A stretch of 51,156 nucleotides of DNA from a virus (taxonomy: Duplodnaviria; Caudoviricetes). Each line of letters starts with the position of its first letter. The stretch's first letter is position 1. The stretch covers positions 1 through 51,156 of the IMG/VR virus record IMGVR_UViG_3300032303_000302; one strand, given 5' to 3'. Positions 9,557 to 17,259 of the stretch are shown in pieces. The notes below the pieces were generated by a model that was not told the DNA's origin, searched no databases, and saw only the letters and a program-made list of their open reading frames with translations. The translations under genes were made by a program, and so were the position numbers.

Positions 9557-10126
9557 ATGAACATCTTCTATCTCCACGAAGATCCACGGCAATGCGCTGA
9601 ATGGATGGTGAATAGACATGTCGTCAAGATGATTCTAGAGACTGCACATCTCTTGTCTACAGCGCATCGCGTTCTCGATGGAAAAGAAACAATCGTTGAA
9701 GGATGGGTTGATGAATTTGGTATCAGACACAGAAAAAAGAAATTATACACACTCGACGATTATCGGGATAGTATACTGTATCGGGCTTCTCACATTAACC
9801 ACCCTTCAGCTATATGGACTCGCAGTTCTGTTGAAAATTATAACTGGCTCGTGGATCATCTCTTTGCTCTCAGTGATGAGTATACTTATCGTTATAACAA
9901 GCGACATGTTACCATGGCAAAGATGGGTTATGAAATTCAGTCGCCTCCGCACAATTTAAAAGAATGGGATCGAACACCCATGCCTTCGTGTATGGATGAC
10001 GTTTATAAAATTTCAGATGATCCTATTATTAATTATCGCAACTATTATAGGTATGGTAAAGATACCTCTTTGCACAAGTGGAAGAAAAGGGATCGTCCGG
10101 AGTGGATGGGTCCGATTGCGGCTTGA
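9557..10126 (+). CDS. Pyrimidine dimer DNA glycosylase (DenV)-related protein
   Basis: MNIFYL, HVVKMILE.A.LLSTAH, H.NHPSAIW, YR.YY motifs. Confidence 0.7.
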   Translation: MNIFYLHEDPRQCAEWMVNRHVVKMILETAHLLSTAHRVLDGKETIVEGWVDEFGIRHRKKKLYTLDDYRDSILYRASHINHPSAIWTRSSVENYNWLVDHLFALSDEYTYRYNKRHVTMAKMGYEIQSPPHNLKEWDRTPMPSCMDDVYKISDDPIINYRNYYRYGKDTSLHKWKKRDRPEWMGPIAA

Positions 10127-10170
10127 CTTTTTTTAAAAGAACTATTATTGTTAGTTATAACTTGGAAGGA
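10123..10170 (+). promoter_or_regulatory. Early promoter cassette
   Basis: TTGACT-17-TATTGT-TAGTTATAAC-TTGGAAGGA. Confidence 0.75.
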
Positions 10171-10176
10171 AACGAT

Positions 10177-10554
10177 ATGTTAGACACTGACGAAAAGACG
10201 ATCACTGGCAACCGAGCAATTAATGCAAAGTTTGCAGCCTTTGACGCTAAAGACAAGAGTGTAAAGGCACTAGACAAGCATATGGACTTCTTTAGCCGTC
10301 CCGAACATATTGCAACGGTAGAAGCTGTTACTAAAATCGTACAAGATTTTTTTAAGATTAAGAAAGGCTTCTATGTTACTCCGCGTGGAGGCAAGAATTC
10401 TCCAATGACTGTTGTCAAGGTAGAGGATCCCGTGTTTCCAAATATTATGCCACAAGCAGAACGCCGCGAGCGTTTCTATAACCCATTGGAAGCACTTGGT
10501 GTCGAAATTGTGTACAGCAAAGGCAGCAACAGCTACCTTTTTCGAGTTCGCTGA
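10177..10554 (+). CDS. Hypothetical early protein
   Basis: ATG after cassette RBS (MLDTDEK...). Confidence 0.65.
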   Translation: MLDTDEKTITGNRAINAKFAAFDAKDKSVKALDKHMDFFSRPEHIATVEAVTKIVQDFFKIKKGFYVTPRGGKNSPMTVVKVEDPVFPNIMPQAERRERFYNPLEALGVEIVYSKGSNSYLFRVR

Positions 10555-10555
10555 T

Positions 10556-10960
10556 ATGACTATGCACCTAATGAGCCATGCGTACACTACGACTTCTACA
10601 AAGAATCGTAAGAGTAAGAAACCTACTATCACGAGCAAATATGCAAGTGAGTATATAGATTATAACAAGCAGCAACGACGCTATGGTCTTAAAGAGAAGA
10701 CGATAGAGGAGTATATTGCGTACCGACAGGGTAAGTCTACATACAAGCCTAAGACCGTCCCAGAACCTCTTAAAACGGAGACATACCGCCGCCAGATACC
10801 GGATTATCCGTCTGGTGATGGCATTGGTGTGACGTTCGCTAAGAAGCCTAACGAGTATACTGGAACGTTGATCAAGGGTATCGCCACGATGCACAAATCT
10901 AACGCAGTTCCGGTTATTAACCAACAACAGGCTGAAGAAATTTCTAAAATGCGTCGTTAA
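10556..10960 (+). CDS. Conserved T4-like hypothetical protein
   Basis: YTG..IKGIATMHKSNAVPV...EIS.MRR C-terminal motif. Confidence 0.75.
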   Translation: MTMHLMSHAYTTTSTKNRKSKKPTITSKYASEYIDYNKQQRRYGLKEKTIEEYIAYRQGKSTYKPKTVPEPLKTETYRRQIPDYPSGDGIGVTFAKKPNEYTGTLIKGIATMHKSNAVPVINQQQAEEISKMRR

Positions 10961-10964
10961 TGGG

Positions 10965-11010
10965 TAGACATATTTTAAAAAGAACGGTAGTGTTAATTAT
11001 AAGCAGGAGA
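10965..11010 (+). promoter_or_regulatory. Early promoter cassette
   Basis: TAGACA-17-TAGTGT-TAATTATAAG-CAGGAG. Confidence 0.7.
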
Positions 11011-11016
11011 AACGTT

Positions 11017-11082
11017 ATGAACATCTGGTTGATAATTTTGATTGCAGGGATTACCACTGCCGCCTTTTTCTGGAGCGAATGA
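11017..11082 (+). CDS. 21-aa hydrophobic peptide (not in ORF track)
   Basis: MNIWLIILIAGITTAAFFWSE; AGGAG RBS; stop overlaps next ATG. Confidence 0.5.
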   Translation: MNIWLIILIAGITTAAFFWSE

Positions 11083-11297
11083 TGTTTACTGTTCCACATC
11101 AATATTGTGGTATTAACTTTGAAGATCATCACCTGGTAGGTTTTGTCTGGAAAGTAGTTTCCGCCCGGTCTGGAGAAGTCTACGATGTAGAGATGACAGA
11201 TAAGGGTATGACTTGTACATGCGGAGCTGCAAAAAACTGGCGTAGCAAATGCAAGCACGCACGCTCTATTGCTGAACTGTTGGTTTCGGAGGATTAA
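11079..11297 (+). CDS. SWIM zinc-finger protein
   Basis: CTC...CKH motif. Confidence 0.7.
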   Translation: MMFTVPHQYCGINFEDHHLVGFVWKVVSARSGEVYDVEMTDKGMTCTCGAAKNWRSKCKHARSIAELLVSED

Positions 11298-11299
11298 TA

Positions 11300-11500
11300 A
11301 TGATTGGTTGGTTTGCCACTGCTGCGATTGTTATCGCTACGAGTATCCGCGCTGTAGATTATTCTCACACGTTGGATCTAATTTTTACATTGATCGGCGG
11401 TATACTATGGGGCTACGAGGGATACCGTCTAAACAATAAGCCCCTTATTATTGTTAATGCCTTTTGTAGCGCTGCTATGATTGTTGGATTGTTTTTGTAA
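11300..11500 (+). CDS. Small membrane protein
   Basis: Three hydrophobic segments; GGAGG RBS. Confidence 0.65.
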   Translation: MIGWFATAAIVIATSIRAVDYSHTLDLIFTLIGGILWGYEGYRLNNKPLIIVNAFCSAAMIVGLFL

Positions 11501-11518
11501 ATTATTTTTAAAATATGG

Positions 11519-11560
11519 TTGACAATATTTTAAAAACAGATTATACGTTAGTTATTGAAA
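11519..11560 (+). promoter_or_regulatory. Early promoter cassette
   Basis: TTGACA-17-TATACG-TTAGTTATT. Confidence 0.65.
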
Positions 11561-11582
11561 CAGAGAAGAAGGACTTTATATT

Positions 11583-12548
11583 ATGGCACATGAACTTGAA
11601 TTCGTAAATGGTGAAGCTTCAATGGCTTATGCAGGCGACTTGCCCTGGCATGGTCTTGGTACTAAGGTTCCAAACGACCTTACTCCTGACCAGATGCTAA
11701 AGGCTGCTAACCTTGATTGGCGTGTTGAAGCTGTTCCGGCTTTTGCCAATATCGGTGGTAAGCAGGTAGACGTAGGACATTCGGCATTGGTACGTTCTAC
11801 AGATAATCGTATCCTAGACGTTATTACAAACGACTGGAAGCCGATGCAGAACTCCGATGCGTTCGAATTCTTTACTGACTTTGTTGGTGCTGGTGATATG
11901 GAAATGCACACAGCAGGCAGCCTAAAGGATGGTAAGATCGTTTGGGCTCTGGCTAAAGTACACGAGTCGTTCGAACTGTTCGGTGGACGCGATCAGGTAG
12001 ATTCGTATCTCCTGTTTACTAACCCGCACTCTTACGGGCAGTCGATTGACGTTCGCTTTACGCCGATTCGTGTTGTTTGCAATAACACATTGACACTATC
12101 GCTAAACTCGCAGTCGAAGTCGATGGTTAAGGTTAGCCATCGCCGTGATTTTGACGCTGACCTGGTTAAGGAAACGCTGGGTGTGGCTAAGGAAAAGCTC
12201 GTTAAGTACAAGGAAATGGCTCAGTTCCTTTCGCAGACGCGGTATAACAATGAGAACATCGTTGAGTACTTCCAGCGTGTGTTTCCGGTCCTTACTAAGA
12301 AGGACGAAGGTGCTAAGGAACTTTCCAAGTCGGCTAAGTACGCACTGGAGAGCGCCATGGACGAACAGCCCGGTGCTGAGTTTGGTGCTGGTACCTGGTG
12401 GCAGGCATTTAATACGGTGACGTATATGACTGACCATGTTATTGGACGCTCTGCTGATACACGTCTTCAGTCTGCGTGGTATGGTCAGAACAAGGCTCTT
12501 AAGACACGAGCATTGGAAACTGCCGTAGAGATGGCCGACGCCGCTTAA
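11583..12548 (+). CDS. DUF932-family phage/plasmid protein
   Basis: PWHGLG, TAGSL..G..VW.LAK, TPIRVVCNNTL, GTWW.AFN.VT motifs. Confidence 0.88.
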   Translation: MAHELEFVNGEASMAYAGDLPWHGLGTKVPNDLTPDQMLKAANLDWRVEAVPAFANIGGKQVDVGHSALVRSTDNRILDVITNDWKPMQNSDAFEFFTDFVGAGDMEMHTAGSLKDGKIVWALAKVHESFELFGGRDQVDSYLLFTNPHSYGQSIDVRFTPIRVVCNNTLTLSLNSQSKSMVKVSHRRDFDADLVKETLGVAKEKLVKYKEMAQFLSQTRYNNENIVEYFQRVFPVLTKKDEGAKELSKSAKYALESAMDEQPGAEFGAGTWWQAFNTVTYMTDHVIGRSADTRLQSAWYGQNKALKTRALETAVEMADAA

Positions 12549-12582
12549 CTCTACTAAGTCTTATTAATTAACACATTATATA

Positions 12583-12620
12583 ATAATTGGGCTCGTATAT
12601 ACAACGAGCCCAATTATCTT
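12583..12620 (+). terminator. Hairpin, probable terminator
   Basis: ATAATTGGGCTCGT...ACGAGCCCAATTAT, 14-bp stem. Confidence 0.6.
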
Positions 12621-12628
12621 TATAAATA
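12621..12628 (+). promoter_or_regulatory. T4-type late promoter
   Basis: TATAAATA. Confidence 0.55.
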
Positions 12629-12660
12629 TCAGATGGACTCGATAGAAAGGGCCTGACGAT

Positions 12661-12864
12661 ATGTATAAGAATACTGTACTTTATGCCGTACCTTGCGCCT
12701 TTTCAGATGAAGAATTAGATTACGAACTGGAAGACCTATTTTTTGTAACATTTGCTACACGAGATGAACAAGAGGCTTTAAAACTGGCGAGTTGTATCTG
12801 TGGTAAGCAAGCAAAAAAATCTCTCGTAATGATTTCGGAATCCGGAGAAATTTATTATATTTAG
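12661..12864 (+). CDS. Hypothetical protein
   Basis: 67 aa ORF after late promoter. Confidence 0.5.
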   Translation: MYKNTVLYAVPCAFSDEELDYELEDLFFVTFATRDEQEALKLASCICGKQAKKSLVMISESGEIYYI

Positions 12865-12867
12865 GGG

Positions 12868-12919
12868 TTGACCTTTTTTCCAAAAGGTAATATATTTAAT
12901 TATAAGTTGGAAAAAGGAA
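12868..12919 (+). promoter_or_regulatory. Early promoter cassette
   Basis: TTGACC-17-TATATT-TAATTATAAGTTGGAAAAAGGAA. Confidence 0.8.
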
Positions 12920-12926
12920 GAACGTT

Positions 12927-13304
12927 ATGAAGCAGAACAACAAAATCGTGGACTGGGTTAACAACTCGGGCGAAGTGGTGTTTAAGGCTAAGAACGGTTT
13001 TACACGTTCGGCGGAAAGCAAGTTGCAAACACGTTATGGTAAGCGTGGCTCGCATATGCGTATCGGACGTTTTTCGGTTATCCTGGTGAAAGATGGTTGG
13101 GATATGGTCGTTGGGCCTATTTACAATCAGCATATCGTAGATGAAGAAGGTTTTGATGTGCGACGTAACTCGCAGTATTGGGATGCGCACATGCGTAACC
13201 GTACATTGCAGTTGAATACTGTACGTAAGGCTTTGGTTATGAGCCATCCATATTACGACGAAATTCTGGAAGATATCGAAAAAGAATTTGATTATTTTTC
13301 CTAA
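12927..13304 (+). CDS. Hypothetical early protein
   Basis: 125 aa after cassette RBS. Confidence 0.65.
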   Translation: MKQNNKIVDWVNNSGEVVFKAKNGFTRSAESKLQTRYGKRGSHMRIGRFSVILVKDGWDMVVGPIYNQHIVDEEGFDVRRNSQYWDAHMRNRTLQLNTVRKALVMSHPYYDEILEDIEKEFDYFS

Positions 13305-13320
13305 TTGTAATATTATTACG

Positions 13321-13355
13321 TATAAATAAATTTTTGTTTGTTCTTTCTCATTGTT
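13321..13355 (+). promoter_or_regulatory. Late promoter plus boxA-like element at the head of the tRNA operon
   Basis: TATAAATA (13321-13328); TGTTCTTTCTCATTGTT (13339-13355) resembles rrn boxA. Confidence 0.45.
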
Positions 13356-13404
13356 GGAAAAAAGTTTTTATGGCGGGTTAGCTCTCGGGCGCCCGCCATA
13401 ATAG

Positions 13405-13611
13405 ACTTATTAAATATACCTTGCTAGGGGTATCGCGGCTCGACGGAGCATGCTACGAGAGATAGGGCCATCTTACCTCTCTGAAATAACTCTGGCAATG
13501 GCTTAGGAGCGGAAGCCCCGGACTCCGAAATTCGCCCGAGGAATAGAAAGATTGCTTAAGTGCACAAAGAGCAGTTAATTTATTTCTGAGAGCAAGGTAT
13601 ATTTAATAAGT
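13405..13611 (+). ncRNA. Structured RNA closed by a perfect 21-bp stem
   Basis: ACTTATTAAATATACCTTGCT (13405-13425) / AGCAAGGTATATTTAATAAGT (13591-13611); GC-rich interior with hairpins; no ORF. Confidence 0.65.
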
Positions 13612-13616
13612 TTAAT

Positions 13617-13692
<76 letters not shown>

Positions 13693-13697
13693 TTATT

Positions 13698-13773
13698 GGG
13701 GGATTAGCTCATTTGGTAGAGCGTCTGCCTTGCACGCAGAAGGCGAACGGTTCGATCCCGTTATCCTCCACCA
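13698..13773 (+). tRNA. tRNA-Ala(TGC)
   Basis: Cloverleaf, G3-U70, CCA. Confidence 0.95.
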
Positions 13774-13778
13774 TTTTA

Positions 13779-13908
13779 GACCTCCTCGGCTGAACCCCGT
13801 GGGTAACCACATAGAGAAAGTGATGGGTGTTACTGTTGCAACAGTAAACGGCTATCAGGGAAGATTGCAACGTCCGGAAGTAAGCAATCAAGGCACACTG
13901 AGGAGGTC
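13779..13908 (+). ncRNA. Unknown ~130-nt structured RNA between tRNAs
   Basis: Closing stem GACCTCCTCGG/CTGAGGAGGTC and three internal hairpins. Confidence 0.6.
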
Positions 13909-13916
13909 ACTAAATT

Positions 13917-13992
13917 GCCTTTGTAGCTCAGTTGGTAGAGCAGTGGTTTGAAGAACCACGTGTCGGGGGTTCAATTCCCTCCGAAGGCACCA
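13917..13992 (+). tRNA. tRNA-Phe(GAA)
   Basis: GTGGT-TTGAAGA-ACCAC anticodon arm, CCA. Confidence 0.9.
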
Positions 13993-13993
13993 T

Positions 13994-14078
13994 GCGGATG
14001 TGGCGGAATTGGTAGACGCCCTGGTTTTAGGTACCAGTGACTTCGGTCGTGGGGGTTCGAGTCCCTTCATCCGTACCA
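13994..14078 (+). tRNA. tRNA-Leu(TAG)
   Basis: Long variable arm, CCA. Confidence 0.94.
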
Positions 14079-14084
14079 GTTTAA

Positions 14085-14169
14085 GGGTTGGTAAAGCCAG
14101 TGGCTCTGGCAGTCAGACTGTAAATCTGATCCGTTTGCGGGGGAGGATCGATACCTCACTGGCCCACCA
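14085..14169 (+). tRNA. tRNA-Tyr(GTA), atypical D/T loops
   Basis: TCAGA-CTGTAAA-TCTGA; variable arm; CCA. Confidence 0.82.
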
Positions 14170-14176
14170 TTATAAT

Positions 14177-14250
14177 GCGGATGTAGCTCAATGGTAGAGC
14201 TCCTGGCTTCCACCCAGATGACGAGGGTTCGATTCCCTTCATCCGCTCCA
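14177..14250 (+). tRNA. tRNA-Gly(TCC)
   Basis: Cloverleaf, U73, CCA. Confidence 0.92.
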
Positions 14251-14256
14251 TTTAAT

Positions 14257-14335
14257 ACTCCCATAGCTTCAACTGGAATAGAGCACACCGCTACGAACGG
14301 TGAGGTTAGAGGTTCGAATCCTCTTGGGAGTACCA
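14257..14335 (+). tRNA. tRNA-Arg(ACG)
   Basis: CACCG-CTACGAA-CGGTG, CCA. Confidence 0.92.
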
Positions 14336-14363
14336 TTGAATGAGAAGAAGGTTTTAAAGTTCT

Positions 14364-14371
14364 TATAAATA
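14364..14371 (+). promoter_or_regulatory. T4-type late promoter
   Basis: TATAAATA 22 nt before the 14394 gene. Confidence 0.7.
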
Positions 14372-14393
14372 TATAATATAAGGAACTTTATCT

Positions 14394-15533
14394 ATGACAA
14401 ATTCTACTTTTAAATTCTTTTCAGAAAAAATGGGCGGCCACCCAGCCAGCACCTTTATTGGTCAATATGGCGAGGTTTTTTATGATCCAGCGCTTGGTAA
14501 CCTTCGTCTTGCTGACGGTGTAACAATCGGTGGATTACCTCTAACTCAACCAAATGCGATCGCAGATAATCGCTGGTATGTTGATCCAATTAGAACAGAC
14601 ATTGTTCTTGGGACAGCTACTGGTAGTTTAGCAAATCCATTCTTAACAATTACTGAAGCTTTAGCATATATTGAAGCAAGAATTGCTGATGGTAGTTTAG
14701 TTATTTCGATATCAGGCTCTGTCATAGACAATCCACAGTTTATTGTATTGGTAAGTTCTACTACAGAAAACGTAACATTAACTCGCGGTAATATTTTTAT
14801 TATTGGTGATACTCCAGATGCTGGACACATACCTATTTGGATCAATGGAAAAGTTGTTATTACTCCTGCAGACTCGAGTGAAAATGCTCTAAACGTTAAT
14901 AGATTTGGTCTGTTTCATGTTGCGGTTAAAACAAATGTGGCAAACCATTCTATTGAAATAAATGGAGCTAATCCAGCAAAAGTTTATTTACAAGATGTAT
15001 ATTGCTATCAAGGCAACGCTACCAAGAGTTGTGTTTATGCGAATAACACAGGTACCGGCAGTAGAGTAGAACTATATGATTGTACCATGGCAAGAGCTAG
15101 CGGTTCTGTATTTCTAATTAATATTCAACGCGGATATTGTACTATACGCAATCTTGAAACTAACGGCACCGGACAAGTGCTTAATATGGCAAATGATTCT
15201 ACAGGAAATATGCTAAGAAGTATAGTAGATGCCGACACTGGCGCTGTAGTTACTCTAAGTGGAACAGTTCAGTGGGGTATGGGGGAAGTTATTCTCAACA
15301 ATACCTCCACTGCAGCAAATACATATGGTGTTAGCATGAGTGGTACAGCAACCATACAGTTTGGGGTGTGCACATTTAACATTCCAGCTGCGCAAGCAAC
15401 CAATCGTGCCATTAACGGTGTAGCAGGCAATCAGGTACTGTATGCTGATCCAATATTCCAATATGGTTCAACTAACAAGATATCAACTGCGATTACATTA
15501 GTTCCGTTGACTAAAACGTTTACTGCAGCATAA
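14394..15533 (+). CDS. Late virion fibre/spike-like protein (Mtd/hyaluronidase-type N-terminal domain, probable beta-helix body)
   Basis: GEVFYD....LRLADGVT.GG motif; GS.ANPF.TI.EA beta-helix cap; Asn/Thr/Gly-rich. Confidence 0.6.
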   Translation: MTNSTFKFFSEKMGGHPASTFIGQYGEVFYDPALGNLRLADGVTIGGLPLTQPNAIADNRWYVDPIRTDIVLGTATGSLANPFLTITEALAYIEARIADGSLVISISGSVIDNPQFIVLVSSTTENVTLTRGNIFIIGDTPDAGHIPIWINGKVVITPADSSENALNVNRFGLFHVAVKTNVANHSIEINGANPAKVYLQDVYCYQGNATKSCVYANNTGTGSRVELYDCTMARASGSVFLINIQRGYCTIRNLETNGTGQVLNMANDSTGNMLRSIVDADTGAVVTLSGTVQWGMGEVILNNTSTAANTYGVSMSGTATIQFGVCTFNIPAAQATNRAINGVAGNQVLYADPIFQYGSTNKISTAITLVPLTKTFTAA

Positions 15534-15580
15534 ACACGATCATATGGCGTTTTCTCAAATGTTATGCGATCCAGTTTAAT

Positions 15581-15656
15581 GGCCCGGTCGTCTAGTGGCT
15601 AGGACACTGCTCTTCCAAGCCGTAAGGGATGGGTTCGATTCCCATATGCCGCTCCA
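15581..15656 (+). pseudogene. Chimeric pseudo-tRNA (Glu/Asp-type 5' half + Gly(TCC)-type 3' half)
   Basis: Good D arm, T arm and CCA, but acceptor GGCCCGG/ATGCCGC and anticodon stem do not pair. Confidence 0.65.
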
Positions 15657-15732
15657 ATTAGATGTGGATACAATGCGCCTAGTCGCTGTCGCAATTCCAT
15701 ACACATATTGCCGATACGTGAGGCGATATCCA

Positions 15733-15740
15733 TATAAATA
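15733..15740 (+). promoter_or_regulatory. T4-type late promoter
   Basis: TATAAATA before the esterase gene. Confidence 0.6.
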
Positions 15741-15777
15741 ACTTTACAATATATTCTGCATATGGTACAACAGTAAT

Positions 15778-16323
15778 ATGAAAAGCACAGTCGTTTATAT
15801 CCATGGCTATGGTAGTGATCCTTCAGGTAGCACTGCACAAGACATTAAGAAGTCTTTTCCTAGTGAAAAGTTTCTTAGCCCTAAGATAGACCATTCGCAG
15901 GATCCTGATCTAATTAAGAAACAGATGGATACCTTTGCGAAGACCCTAGGCAAGCACGATGATGTCATTATCGTTGGTTCAAGTGCCGGTGGGTTTTGGG
16001 CTGATTATCTTGGCGCTGTATATGGGTTTAAAACCGTTCTTGTAAATCCGTCACTGCGCCCTGCTACTAACTATAAGAAGTATAACTTGCCTCCTGAGTA
16101 CTATGATAAGTACGCAGATATGCAAGAATGGATTAAGCATCACACCCGCCACCATATGGTAGCATTTGCTGGCGATAAAGATGAAGTCGTTCCATTAGAA
16201 CATGTAAAGACACACTTTAAGAATCCGATTATGTTGAAGGGTGAAGGTCATAGGCTAAAGAATATGACTCCGGTTGTTAAGATGATTCAATCAATGATTG
16301 GTAATTTTCCGGAGCATAACTAA
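15778..16323 (+). CDS. YqiA/YcfP-like alpha/beta hydrolase (esterase)
   Basis: YIHGYGS, GSSAGG nucleophile elbow, LVNP, DEVV, GEGH. Confidence 0.85.
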   Translation: MKSTVVYIHGYGSDPSGSTAQDIKKSFPSEKFLSPKIDHSQDPDLIKKQMDTFAKTLGKHDDVIIVGSSAGGFWADYLGAVYGFKTVLVNPSLRPATNYKKYNLPPEYYDKYADMQEWIKHHTRHHMVAFAGDKDEVVPLEHVKTHFKNPIMLKGEGHRLKNMTPVVKMIQSMIGNFPEHN

Positions 16324-16898
16324 TGTTAACATTTAAAGCATTTCTTTCTGAAGGATTTTCAATTCTTCGTCCTGAACATGAAGATGAAAAGCATAAGCAT
16401 GCAGAGCATGTCTTTAACATGGTCCATAATGCTTATAAGTCTATTGGTGGTATTCATGGTTCAGGTTTTAAAGACCGCCATGATATGGTTAAGAATATTC
16501 CAATCTGGAAGCTTCATAAAGATCATACTGGTAAGGTAAGAGCAGTTGGACTATATAAAGTAAAGAATGGTAAGACAAAGCGTGTTGCCGTTGCTACTGA
16601 TAATAGTGCAGAGGGCAAGGTAGGTCTTAAACATATCGTTAAGAATGATCTTGTATCCAAACGTGCTTTTGTAGAGACATCTGGTCCCTCGCTTAACTTT
16701 CATAAGAGGGTACTTGGTGATCTTACAAAACATGCTCTGACACATGAGCAGGTACGTAAACACTTACCGGATGACGAAATTAGACCTGCACCTCATGATG
16801 ACCCTGAAGTACAGCGTCATCCTGAATTAAAGAAACATTTCTATCAACGAAAAATTGGTGGTGACTGGCATACTAAGATAGCTTTAGGTCATCACTAA
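16323..16898 (+). CDS. Putative internal head protein (capsid-targeting N-terminus), His-rich
   Basis: MLTFKAFLSE resembles the T4 IP capsid-targeting sequence MKTYQEFIAE. Confidence 0.6.
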   Translation: MLTFKAFLSEGFSILRPEHEDEKHKHAEHVFNMVHNAYKSIGGIHGSGFKDRHDMVKNIPIWKLHKDHTGKVRAVGLYKVKNGKTKRVAVATDNSAEGKVGLKHIVKNDLVSKRAFVETSGPSLNFHKRVLGDLTKHALTHEQVRKHLPDDEIRPAPHDDPEVQRHPELKKHFYQRKIGGDWHTKIALGHH

Positions 16899-16904
16899 AA
16901 CAAT

Positions 16905-16986
16905 GCTCTGATATCCCGCTCCGCTACGAACGGAGACTAAGGTAACTGGAACGAAAATGCAGGTTCGAATCCTGTTCAGAGCTCCA
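16905..16986 (+). ncRNA. tRNA-like RNA type A, copy 1 (no canonical D arm, ACG stem-loop)
   Basis: GCTCTGA/TCAGAGC-T-CCA acceptor; CTCCG-CTACGAA-CGGAG; T arm GCAGG-TTCGAAT-CCTGT. Confidence 0.8.
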
Positions 16987-16987
16987 C

Positions 16988-17060
16988 CGGGAAGTAGTTC
17001 AAGTGGTAGAGCGCGTGCTTTGGGAGCACGAAGTTGCAGGTTCGAGTCCTGTCTTCCCGA
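16988..17060 (+). tRNA. tRNA-Pro(TGG), CCA not encoded
   Basis: CGGGAAG/CTTCCCG acceptor, CGTGC-TTTGGGA-GCACG. Confidence 0.88.
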
Positions 17061-17162
17061 CATAGAGTCCTGGCATTTTATAAATAGGCATACGATAAGA
17101 CCTACTGTAAAATTCCAGGACTATAAACACGACGAACTTTCTGTAAAAAACTTCGTCTTTAT

Positions 17163-17238
17163 GGGGGTGAGGGAAAACGGTAATCCGCGGGTCTCCAAAA
17201 CCTTGAGAAGTAGGTTCGACTCCTACCACCCGCCGCCA
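17163..17238 (+). tRNA. tRNA-Trp(CCA), atypical (bulged acceptor stem)
   Basis: CTCCAAA loop, GTAGG-TTCGACT-CCTAC, G73, CCA; extra G in 3' acceptor strand. Confidence 0.7.
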
Positions 17239-17259
17239 ATTTTAACTAAAGGATGTATC

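Noticed and set aside
13405-13611. Retron msr-msd interpretation of the inverted-repeat-bounded RNA
   Set aside because: No reverse transcriptase in the window and no long msd hairpin; kept only as an orphan RNA
13709-14336. ORF-track ORFs at 13709, 13730, 13888, 14000, 14067 (also 15599, 16999, 18187, 18566, 18585, 26245, 26321)
   Set aside because: They overlie tRNA/tmRNA genes and are chance frames in GC-rich RNA genes
16957-17259. N-terminal extensions of the ORFs starting at 16957 and 23239
   Set aside because: The extensions run through tRNAs; RBS-supported starts are at 17260 and 23485
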